A stretch of DNA of 64,000 nucleotides from a virus. The stretch is taken from positions 32,001 through 96,000 of the IMG/VR virus record IMGVR_UViG_3300042922_000265; one strand, written 5' to 3'. The translations under genes and the position numbers were made by a program. Below the pieces are notes generated by a model that ran no database searches, had not been told where the DNA came from, and saw only the letters and a list, made by a program, of their open reading frames with translations. Positions within the stretch are counted from its first letter, which is position 1. Each line of letters opens with the position of its first letter. Of this stretch, positions 1 through 8,112 are shown piece after piece.

Positions 1-158
1 GGTTCCAGGGTGTCGATCGCCCAGTCCAGGGCCTCCCACTCGCGCACGTCGTACTTCATCGACGACGCCGAGTCGCCTCGGGCCTGACGCTCCTCCAGAC
101 GTCGCTCCAGGTGAGAGTGGCGACGCTTGAGGGTCGCCAGCTTCCAACCGTCACTCAT
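1..158 (-). CDS. hypothetical protein (runs off window start)
   Basis: ATG at 158 overlaps upstream stop (ATGA); open frame MSDGWKLATLKRRHSHLERRLEERQ... with high GC3. Confidence 0.6.
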   Translation of the reverse strand, partial: MSDGWKLATLKRRHSHLERRLEERQARGDSASSMKYDVREWEALDWAIDTLE

Positions 159-298
159 GCATGCATCCCCACCCCTCGAAACTCGATCACGTGAAGTGAT
201 AGCTGGTCCCATGCCGATTGCTTGGTCTGCCAGGGACCCTGGAGCCCCTCGCCGTACCACTGCTGGTAGCCACAGTGGCAGGAGACAGCGCAGATCAC
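155..298 (-). CDS. small hypothetical protein (47 aa)
   Basis: GTG start overlapping the stop of the GGQ gene (GTGA); stop overlaps next ATG. Confidence 0.5.
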   Translation of the reverse strand: MICAVSCHCGYQQWYGEGLQGPWQTKQSAWDQLSLHVIEFRGVGMHA

Positions 299-651
299 TT
301 CGGGGTCCCCTCGACCCATTTGCCGTCCACCTGCACCTCGGTCTTGAGGTTGACCGGCCACATGTCCCGCTCCACCTTGGCCTTCAGCAGGTCCTCGCTG
401 GCGCACTGGCGCTTGACCCAGAGCTTGAACGTCATGGTCTCGGCCATCCGGCGGAACGCGGTCTTCTTGTTCTGCAGCTGGGAGCGTTCCTCGGAGGACT
501 CGCCGACCGCGCCGGAGGCCCGATGCACGATGCGCACGGCGGTGTCGCGCTTGTTGCGATTCTGTCCACCCGCGCCGGAACCGCGCTTGGTCTGGACGTC
601 GCAGTCCTTGAGGGTCACTGACAGCATCAGCTTCTTGTCGCCCATGATCAC
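295..651 (-). CDS. RF-1-domain peptidyl-tRNA hydrolase (ArfB/YaeJ-like)
   Basis: RGSGAGGQNRNKRDTAVRIVH...ERSQLQNK: GGQ catalytic motif of class I release factor domain 3, no codon-recognition domain, 118 aa. Confidence 0.9.
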   Translation of the reverse strand: MIMGDKKLMLSVTLKDCDVQTKRGSGAGGQNRNKRDTAVRIVHRASGAVGESSEERSQLQNKKTAFRRMAETMTFKLWVKRQCASEDLLKAKVERDMWPVNLKTEVQVDGKWVEGTPK

Positions 652-1916
652 TCCTCGTTGATCTCTCGCACCGATGCTTCGGTGCGATCGTGCAGACGCC
701 AGTTCAGCAGGTAGTTCTGCTTGTCACCCCGGCGGAAGCCGAGGGTGTCCATGCCCATCACATTGTTGTGCCGCATGGAATCGTTACGCCAGAGACCGAA
801 GGCGATGTCGACGGTCTGCTCGATGAAGCTGGAGTTGGCGAAGTTCTGCAGCTGGCCGCGACCGCCGTCGGACTTCTGGCTGTCACGGTTCTGCTGGACG
901 GCCAGCACGCACGGGATCGCCCCGGCGCTCTCGCGGGCAATCTCATCCTTGAGATCGAACATGATCTCGCCGTGCTTGAACCGCAGGGCCTGATCGCCGG
1001 TATAGCGCTGCTCGGAATCCATGAAGCTCAGCTGATCGATGTACATGATGCCCGCGCCGACCTGACGCGCCCGGTTGACCATGTAGGCCACCGTGCGCTC
1101 CCCGCGCTCTGGACGCTCCACCAGAAGGTCCCCGGCGTCACGCAGGCGTTCCTGGGCCTCGTGGAGGCGCTTGAGGTCCTTGGGCAGCATGGAGCCCTCC
1201 ATGATCTGGCTGTAGCTCACCCCGGAGTAGAAGGCATCGATCCGGTCCTCCATCTCCGAGCACGTCATCTCCAGGGTGAAAACGATGGGCTTGATACCGG
1301 CCAGGTGCGCGCTGGCCGCGCCCTTACACAACGCGAACGACTTGCCCACCTTGGTGAAGGCGGCGAAGGCCGCCAATTCACCGGGGCGCAGTCCCCTGGT
1401 GTGCTGGTCCACCAGATCCAGGCCATAGGGCACGCCAGAGCCCTGGTCAGCACCACGCGCGGCGAAGGCAGCCCGGCGGGCGTCGATGTTCTCGGCCATG
1501 TTGTTGCGCGAGGTGCGCGCGGCGGTGCGCTCGGTGATGTCGTACGCCTGCTGCCAGAGCGTCTTGATGGCCCCGATGGGGTCCTCGGCGATACTGCGAC
1601 CAGCCTGGCGCAGGATGTCCTGGGCCTGGTTGAGGACGTAGCGGTCCTTCAGTGAGCTGACGAGCCACTCCAGGGACAGATCCTCGCCCTCGGTGATCTT
1701 CTCCAGCTTGAGCGTGGGGAACTCGTGCTCCATCACCACCCAGGTGGGGGCCAGGGCCATGGCCGAGTCCTGCCAGTACCGGATGATCCACCCGAAAGCG
1801 ACCCGGTTGACCAGGTCCTCGAACACGTGGTCACGCAGGCCCATCTCCCAAACCCGGTTGATGCTGTCGGCGGAGCCGACGATCTTGGACAGCAGCTTGG
1901 TTTCCAGGTCGCTCAT
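648..1916 (-). CDS. dnaB: DnaB-like replicative helicase
   Basis: GLRPGELAAFAAFTKVGKS Walker A, FTLEM, YIDQL Walker B, AVQQNR, IEQTVD motifs. Confidence 0.9.
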   Translation of the reverse strand: MSDLETKLLSKIVGSADSINRVWEMGLRDHVFEDLVNRVAFGWIIRYWQDSAMALAPTWVVMEHEFPTLKLEKITEGEDLSLEWLVSSLKDRYVLNQAQDILRQAGRSIAEDPIGAIKTLWQQAYDITERTAARTSRNNMAENIDARRAAFAARGADQGSGVPYGLDLVDQHTRGLRPGELAAFAAFTKVGKSFALCKGAASAHLAGIKPIVFTLEMTCSEMEDRIDAFYSGVSYSQIMEGSMLPKDLKRLHEAQERLRDAGDLLVERPERGERTVAYMVNRARQVGAGIMYIDQLSFMDSEQRYTGDQALRFKHGEIMFDLKDEIARESAGAIPCVLAVQQNRDSQKSDGGRGQLQNFANSSFIEQTVDIAFGLWRNDSMRHNNVMGMDTLGFRRGDKQNYLLNWRLHDRTEASVREINEE

Positions 1917-2710
1917 ACGATTGGTCGCACCTCTCCGGCCTTGATTTCGTCGTCTTCTCGGGTGCGGGCGATGGGGCGGAAATCGACGCCCTCGAACTCG
2001 ACGTAGACCGACTTCTCCTTGAGCAGCGACAGCGCCGCCGCGCCGTAGTTCTTGCGGATCATGTTCTCGGCCAGGTTGGTGGTGATGAAGGTGGGCCGGT
2101 TGTGCTGCACGCGGGTGCGCAACAGCGAGTCGAAGGTCGACTCGCTCAGGATGGTGGTGCCCAGCAGGTCCTTGCCGACATCGTCAAGCAGCAGCACCTG
2201 GGACAGCTCGAACCGGCGCTCGAACCAGCGCCGCTCCTTGGGTTCCTTCCACCCGGCGGTGTACATGTCAATCGTCTTGGCCAAGGTGGTGGCGAAGCAG
2301 GTGTAGCCACGCTTGACGAACTCCTTGAGCATCAGGTTGGCGATCATGGTCTTGCCAGTGCCGAAGTCGCCGTAGAGCCACAACCCCACCCCGCGCTGGA
2401 TGTACGCCTCATGGTTGCCGACGTAATTGTCCACCAGGTCGGTGACGTCGGTGGTGCCGTGGTAGTCGCTCCAGTCCAGGCGCTGATACGTGCCGCCGAT
2501 ACCGGCGTGCAGATAGTGCATGTGCAGGTGCAGTTGCTGCTGGCAGTCGCACTCCTGGCGCACGCCTTCCCAGAGGTAGTCGCCACGCTTGAAGCAGGTG
2601 GGGCAGTACTTCTCCGGGTCGCCGCCCTTGAGCTGTGGGTTGTCAGCGATCAGCCGCGCCAGGTCTTTGTCGTCGAAGAATTTGCTCTTGTAGGTGTCTC
2701 GGGTGATCAC
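1913..2710 (-). CDS. DnaC/IstB-like helicase loader
   Basis: N-terminal CxxC...CxC Zn motif, GDFGTGKT, LLLDDVG, TFITTNL, FEGVDFR; GTG start at 2710 overlaps upstream stop. Confidence 0.9.
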   Translation of the reverse strand: MITRDTYKSKFFDDKDLARLIADNPQLKGGDPEKYCPTCFKRGDYLWEGVRQECDCQQQLHLHMHYLHAGIGGTYQRLDWSDYHGTTDVTDLVDNYVGNHEAYIQRGVGLWLYGDFGTGKTMIANLMLKEFVKRGYTCFATTLAKTIDMYTAGWKEPKERRWFERRFELSQVLLLDDVGKDLLGTTILSESTFDSLLRTRVQHNRPTFITTNLAENMIRKNYGAAALSLLKEKSVYVEFEGVDFRPIARTREDDEIKAGEVRPIV

Positions 2711-3084
2711 AGCTCGTCGTTCTCCACGCTGAGCATGTCCTCTCGTAGGCGGTCTTGGGTGGTGTCGGATTCGGTCTTGCGTCTGGCCCGGTTCCGGGCG
2801 TTGAACAGCCTCATGGAGTACCGGCACATCACACAGTGGCAGGGCGGAAACTTCTCGGTGGTCCCCTTGTACCGACCAGGGGTGCCATGCCCCAGAATCA
2901 ACATCAGATGATCCGATTCCCAGGTCTTCATGAAGGTGTCGTGGGCCAGGTTGCCCCGACGGGTGTCCTGCAGCAGGAACAGGTGCCCCGCGCAGTTGGC
3001 CTTGACGTTGGTAAAGGGAATCTCTAGGGCCTCCATCTCATCGATCTGAACTTGAGTCAGGGCGCGACGAGTTTCACCTGCCAC
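2707..3084 (-). CDS. hypothetical protein with HGT...CxCxxCR metal-binding motif
   Basis: ORF with AAAGGAG RBS and upstream TATAGT. Confidence 0.7.
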   Translation of the reverse strand: MAGETRRALTQVQIDEMEALEIPFTNVKANCAGHLFLLQDTRRGNLAHDTFMKTWESDHLMLILGHGTPGRYKGTTEKFPPCHCVMCRYSMRLFNARNRARRKTESDTTQDRLREDMLSVENDEL

Positions 3085-3125
3085 AGAGTGGCTCCTTTCG
3101 TATTCAACTATACGACTACTATAGC

Positions 3126-3551
3126 CTATCCGCTGAATGCTGGCGAGTACAAGTCTTCCTGATCGTCGGGCTGCTGCACAGGCTGACCTGCGGTCCTGCC
3201 CTTGCGGACCAGCTGCTTCTCACACTGCTTGCGTAGCGCAAAGCTGTAGTCGCGAATGGCGGTTCGTTGGTCCGAGGGGAGATCGTCGACCTTACCACCG
3301 GTCTCCTCGATCCGGCGGATAGGCCAGAAGATCAGCACGGCGCGCGGCGTGTCGATGTCGGTGAGTGGGGTGGTGCTCATCTGGATGCAGCGATCGTCGA
3401 AGCCGGTGATGTAGCCGATGTGCTTGGTGCCGTCAGTCTCGGTGATCTTGAACTCGACCTCGCGATGAATGCGCCGAACCAGATACCGCTGGAAGATCTG
3501 GTCGCGTTCGAGGCCGATATTGACCTCGTCCTTCTTGGACTCGTTCGCCAT
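3126..3551 (-). CDS. putative Sm/Hfq-fold protein
   Basis: FQRYLVRRIHREVEFKITETDGTKHIGYITGFDDRCIQM matches the Sm1 pattern; start MANESK after GAGGGAAAG. Confidence 0.55.
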   Translation of the reverse strand: MANESKKDEVNIGLERDQIFQRYLVRRIHREVEFKITETDGTKHIGYITGFDDRCIQMSTTPLTDIDTPRAVLIFWPIRRIEETGGKVDDLPSDQRTAIRDYSFALRKQCEKQLVRKGRTAGQPVQQPDDQEDLYSPAFSG

Positions 3552-3618
3552 GTGGACTTTCCCTCTACGACTTGCGAGCAACTGCTGCTCTACCCCTTCT
3601 GGTCGCTGCGGGTCTGTT

Positions 3619-4683
3619 TCACGTGGCCGGTGCGATGTCCAAGCAGGCAGTGCCCAGAATGTCCACACCCCGAAGGATCTCGCGGGTGCTGATATTCAGG
3701 GGCGGAGTCAGCCGGATGCACCGCGTGCCGCCGGGGCTGGACAGCAACAGGCCGTTGTCCCTGGCGGCGCGGACCAGACTCTTGGCGGCCTGGGCATCCG
3801 TGCACACCAGAGTGTGCAGCAGGCCGACTCCCCGGTGGGTGTCCACCACGTCCGGGAACTGCTTCTCCAGACCGTTGAGAGCCTCGTGCAACACCTCCCC
3901 GCTGGCCACCACGTTGTTCAGGAAGTCCTCGTTGGCCACCCGGCGCATGACGGACAGGCCCGCAGCGCAGATGGCCGGATGAGCCGCGTAGCGGTCCAGC
4001 CGAGGGGCGGCCTTCTCCCAGTAGGACCGAGGTGCCACCACGGCACCGAAAGGGAATCCCGCGCCTGCGGGGCCGCCGACGACGGTAATGTCACCTGTGA
4101 CACCCCAGCGGGTCTGCGCCCAGAAGTGGCCAGTACGACCGAAGCCGGTGCGGGTCTCGTCGATGATCACCCCGACCTCCATGTCGCGGGCGTCGCGGAC
4201 GACTGACGCGATCTCGTCCGGGGTGTACATCTCACCGCCAGGGGCTCTCACCAGACGAACCGTGGTGAAGTTCTCACCGTGGACCCAGGTGGCCAACTCA
4301 TGGGCGACCAGGGCCGCCTCGTCGGTGTCGGTGGTGAAGAGCACCTGCAGGTCCTCGCCGTCGGGCAGGCTGCACGCCAGGGCGTCGGCGTACTCGGTGA
4401 CCATGCGCTCAGCGAAGTCACCGGGGGCGCTGACGTTGCCGTAATGCAGCAACTGCTCATTGAGGGCGCTGCGTGCGCCGTCATCGCTGTGACCCAGCAC
4501 CAGGTGCTCGCAGGCGAAGTCCAGGTACTCAGAGCGGTACTGGTCCCAGACGTAGCAGCGCTCGGCCTGGGAGACCACGAACGTGTCATCCAGGGAGCCC
4601 ACCAGACGGTCGGAGTGGGCCTTGCGCAGGGGTGCGGTCAGCTCGTCGACCGTCTGGCGCAGCAGCTCGTCGGGGTCACTCAC
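3619..4683 (-). CDS. class III (ArgD/GabT-like) aminotransferase homologue lacking the PLP-binding lysine
   Basis: YLDF...LGH, IIDETRTGFGRTG, GFPFGA, RGVGLL, IRLTPPLNI; DITVVGG where DxxxxxK is expected. Confidence 0.85.
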   Translation of the reverse strand: MSDPDELLRQTVDELTAPLRKAHSDRLVGSLDDTFVVSQAERCYVWDQYRSEYLDFACEHLVLGHSDDGARSALNEQLLHYGNVSAPGDFAERMVTEYADALACSLPDGEDLQVLFTTDTDEAALVAHELATWVHGENFTTVRLVRAPGGEMYTPDEIASVVRDARDMEVGVIIDETRTGFGRTGHFWAQTRWGVTGDITVVGGPAGAGFPFGAVVAPRSYWEKAAPRLDRYAAHPAICAAGLSVMRRVANEDFLNNVVASGEVLHEALNGLEKQFPDVVDTHRGVGLLHTLVCTDAQAAKSLVRAARDNGLLLSSPGGTRCIRLTPPLNISTREILRGVDILGTACLDIAPAT

Positions 4684-5132
4684 GCGGCGCGGACCACCAC
4701 ACGCGGGACGTCCAGCCGGTAGTCGCTCTGGGTACGGCAGCAACCACGCCCCACGGAGTACCGAATGCCGCGCTGATCGGCGAACATAAGCATCTTCTCG
4801 TTCCAGGCTCCCCGCTGTGGGGCCTGGTCGCCGAAGGCAACTACGTCTTCCAGGAACCGCTCGGCGAACTCGTCACGGAACAGATGGCTCCGGTCGCCGT
4901 TGAGGTCCTGGGCGTTCATAAGGAACCAGACCTCAGGACCTTGTCGCGAGCCGATCTTCATGTCGCGGTTGTAGCGGGGGTACAGGACCCCGTCCAGGCC
5001 CTCGGTGGCTCCGGGCTTGGAGAGGTTCTCCACGTCACAGGGCTGCGTCGGGCGACAGAACCAGTCCAGGTACTTATCGGGCACGGTGGTGGTGGTGCCA
5101 CCTGCGTGCGTGCTGCTATCAATCTTCGCCAT
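4680..5132 (-). CDS. hypothetical protein
   Basis: ORF from MAKIDSS, AAGGA RBS, stop overlaps next start. Confidence 0.7.
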   Translation of the reverse strand: MAKIDSSTHAGGTTTTVPDKYLDWFCRPTQPCDVENLSKPGATEGLDGVLYPRYNRDMKIGSRQGPEVWFLMNAQDLNGDRSHLFRDEFAERFLEDVVAFGDQAPQRGAWNEKMLMFADQRGIRYSVGRGCCRTQSDYRLDVPRVVVRAA

Positions 5133-6102
5133 CAGTGATGTCCTTCTTCTTGACCCATTTGCCCGCTCGTTTTTCGAGCTTGGACGGGTGGACCCACTTG
5201 CCACGCACCCGATGCCAGCCCTCGCGTTCTCTCCACTCGCCACCGAACTCGTTGATGCGAATGCGCCGGAGGATCTTCTTCAGCTCATCCGGCTCGACAT
5301 TGCCGCGCCGGTAGTTGCTCAGCAGAATATCCCGGATGATCGGCAGCGTAAAGCGCCGAACGCCGTCACCCTTGCCGTTGATGCGCTCGGGCTCGATCGG
5401 GGTCCCGTCCGGGTGGATGAAGATCGGCAGGCCGGTGTCGGGGTCCTTGCGCAGACCCCAGTACAGCCACTGGTTGGTCTTGTCGAAGAACTGGGCCGCC
5501 TCGGTGGTGCTGTAGAAGGGCTGCACCCCGGCCTCGGCCAGCAGGTCCTCGTCGCTGATCTCCTCGATCTGACGGGCGACCTTCTTCTTCTTCGGTGTCT
5601 CGGGCTCCGGTTCTGGCTCCGGGGGTGGTGCGGGCTCGGGAATGGCCACCTTGGAGCCGCTGGGTCGCTTGCCACGACGCACCGCCTTGACCACCGGACC
5701 GGTGTCGGGGACCAGCTTGCCGTGCTTGGCATCGGCAGCAGCCACCTGGTCCAGGAAGGCCGAAAGGTCCTCGTCGGTGGCCTGCTCATAGAGACCCATG
5801 TCCTCGGTCTCTTCCACCAGCTGCGATGCGGCGATCTCCGCACTCAGGTCGTGGTTGTCGTAGTACGCACGGGCCTTGGCCACCTTGGCCTCGAACGCGG
5901 CCTTGCGCTCAGCCTCGGAGTCCTGAGGGTTCCAGTTCTTGCCACCAGGACGCAGATCGCCTTGAGGAACGTCGTCGGAGAAGACAGCACGATCCCCGCC
6001 ACCGTCGTGGTGGCGGGGAATCGGTGCAACGGAGTGGGCTACGCCGTCTGACCGGGGTGGACTCTGAGAATCCTCTCTCGTGACCGTGTGGTCTGGCTGC
6101 AT
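5119..6102 (-). CDS. DNA-binding protein with C-terminal MerR/Xis-like HTH
   Basis: FYSTTEAAQFFDKTNQWLYW...RRFTLPIIRDI pattern after a low-complexity N-terminus. Confidence 0.6.
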   Translation of the reverse strand: MQPDHTVTREDSQSPPRSDGVAHSVAPIPRHHDGGGDRAVFSDDVPQGDLRPGGKNWNPQDSEAERKAAFEAKVAKARAYYDNHDLSAEIAASQLVEETEDMGLYEQATDEDLSAFLDQVAAADAKHGKLVPDTGPVVKAVRRGKRPSGSKVAIPEPAPPPEPEPEPETPKKKKVARQIEEISDEDLLAEAGVQPFYSTTEAAQFFDKTNQWLYWGLRKDPDTGLPIFIHPDGTPIEPERINGKGDGVRRFTLPIIRDILLSNYRRGNVEPDELKKILRRIRINEFGGEWREREGWHRVRGKWVHPSKLEKRAGKWVKKKDITDGED

Positions 6103-6118
6103 AGCCCCTGTCCTGTTC

Positions 6119-6823
6119 CTAGATGTTGTGCACCGCGAAGCTCGGGGACTTCCACTCGCCGACCTTCAGGCTGGCCCGCAACTTCTCCAGGATCTCCGGG
6201 TCGTGCTTGGCCAGCTGCATCAGGGAACCCAGGTCGACCTCGCGGGTGACCTCGACCTTCTCGACGGTCACCTGCTCCCAGACCTTGTCGCCGAGCAGCT
6301 TGGCCAGCTTCTTCTCGTCCAGCGAGGGGTCCTTGCGGCCACAACCCTGGCGCGCGAAGCGCTTGCCGAACTCCGGGGCGTCGATGGAGGCGTTGATGTG
6401 CTCGGGGTACTCGTCGCCCTCGGCCTCGAACTCGGCGGTCATCGCGCCGGAGACACGGGCCTTGATCTGCTCACGAGTCGCCTTGGCGGTGTCCTCGACG
6501 CGGATCATCTCCAGCCAGATGTCCATCAGCTGGTTGGCCTCGGCCAGAGCGATGCGGGTGGGCTCTTCCACGCTCAGGATCGGCGCAGCGTCCTTGAGCT
6601 TGCGGATGTAGCTCTGGAAGGTCTTGTTGACGACCGCGATGTCCTTGCGATCCAGATTGGCCAGAGCGGCCTTCCAGCGGGCGGTGCGGCCCTCGCGGGT
6701 GGACTTGGTGGCGACGACGGCCTTGGAGTCCTCGGACTTCACCAGCGCTTCGTACTGCGCGACGTAGTCACCGTCGTGCTGGGCGAGGATGGTCTTGAGA
6801 TCCTGCTCGATGAGGTCGGTCAT
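6119..6823 (-). CDS. hypothetical coiled-coil protein
   Basis: 234 aa ORF, AGGAG RBS, upstream TATACT and A-rich leader. Confidence 0.75.
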   Translation of the reverse strand: MTDLIEQDLKTILAQHDGDYVAQYEALVKSEDSKAVVATKSTREGRTARWKAALANLDRKDIAVVNKTFQSYIRKLKDAAPILSVEEPTRIALAEANQLMDIWLEMIRVEDTAKATREQIKARVSGAMTAEFEAEGDEYPEHINASIDAPEFGKRFARQGCGRKDPSLDEKKLAKLLGDKVWEQVTVEKVEVTREVDLGSLMQLAKHDPEILEKLRASLKVGEWKSPSFAVHNI

Positions 6824-6901
6824 GTTCTAGGCTCCTGAAGTTTTTTGATGTTTGGTTGTTTTTGCCTTCTCGACAAGTATATCTGTAGTGACCGACAAAT
6901 G

Positions 6902-7147
6902 CTAGTCCAGTAGAACGGCAGACGCCTCCGGGTCGTTGACCCAGGCGACAGTACCGATGGTGACGCCGTAGTGATGAGCGATGGCGATGACTTCCCTGGC
7001 CAGCGGGGAGTAGTCGGCAGGACGATCACCATCGGGTTCGATGCACTTCTCCTGGGCGAGACGGATGCGTGCCCTGATGGCAGACCTCTGCCCCTTGGAC
7101 AGGTGTTCGACCCGCTGCCGCAGGATATTCGTCCTGGTCATCGTCAT
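6902..7147 (-). CDS. hypothetical protein
   Basis: ATGA overlap with upstream gene. Confidence 0.6.
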   Translation of the reverse strand: MTMTRTNILRQRVEHLSKGQRSAIRARIRLAQEKCIEPDGDRPADYSPLAREVIAIAHHYGVTIGTVAWVNDPEASAVLLD

Positions 7148-7380
7148 GACGACGGACTCTCCAGCTGCTTGAGAACCGCTTCACCGGTCGTGATGAGTCG
7201 CTTGCCGAGACCGATCGCAGTCTGGGCGGACATGGGGATGACACCGATCAGAATGGCGGCATTGACCGCATCGATCGTGGGTTCTCCCGTGGGCTGCTTC
7301 AGCTCGATGTGAATCTCGCTGTCGGTACGGGCGATGACGTCGATCTCGTCCTCATCGTAGACGATGACTTGGTGAGCCAC
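7144..7380 (-). CDS. hypothetical protein
   Basis: AAAGGAG RBS, GTG start. Confidence 0.65.
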   Translation of the reverse strand: MAHQVIVYDEDEIDVIARTDSEIHIELKQPTGEPTIDAVNAAILIGVIPMSAQTAIGLGKRLITTGEAVLKQLESPSS

Positions 7381-7420
7381 AGAACTCCTTTTACAGACTC
7401 TTGGAAGCCTCTACAGGCTA

Positions 7421-7819
7421 TCAGACCTGCTCAGCCATCGTCTGTAGCTCCACCAACTTGACCGCCGTCATCTGTTCCAGCAGTCGTCGCTCCAGGATGG
7501 TCAGACCCAGGTCCATGTCTGCTCCGTGGACCCAGTGCTGCTGCGCGAGCAACAGCATCTGCCCCAACCACTCCATGCTGGCGTAGCCGAAGTGGTTCTC
7601 AGCGTCCAGGAGGGCGTGACGGACAGCGGAGATGCAGCTGTATCGACGCACAGTGCGTTCGGAGTCGTTGCGATCACCACCGACTGTTTCGGTCTGGGCG
7701 TAGAGGTTCTCGGCGATGTCGAACCATCGCAGGAAGAACTCCAGGAACTTCTGGCCGACGTCGTCCTGTTTCAGCTCTAGTTCCTGATCGGTCCACGCCT
7801 GCAGGTCTTTGAATTGCAT
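7421..7819 (-). CDS. hypothetical protein
   Basis: 132 aa ORF, GAGAGGGG RBS. Confidence 0.7.
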   Translation of the reverse strand: MQFKDLQAWTDQELELKQDDVGQKFLEFFLRWFDIAENLYAQTETVGGDRNDSERTVRRYSCISAVRHALLDAENHFGYASMEWLGQMLLLAQQHWVHGADMDLGLTILERRLLEQMTAVKLVELQTMAEQV

Positions 7820-8112
7820 GGTGTGAACATACCCCTCTCATAACCGGCGGCCAGTCTGATAGCTAAACGCCGTACTGACGTCCTGGGATGGTCGCATCGC
7901 GTGTTCACACGGCCCAGGGGATATGTACGGAGGCATTCACTATCCCGCGCATGGTTCTCAGCGGGAGGTGCCTCTGGTATGATGGGGGCATCCCGCGTTG
8001 AACCGCGCCCCTGAGGACTGCAATCCTGTGACGGGGCGCGGTTTCATTTGTACACCCTGGCCAGTGATTTCGCCAACACGGGTTTGGAGACCCTGTAGTA
8101 GACTCCAAGCAA

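Noticed and set aside
6119-6823. Mu Gam/host-nuclease-inhibitor call
   Set aside because: Only vague coiled-coil and C-terminal resemblance; cannot be supported without a profile search
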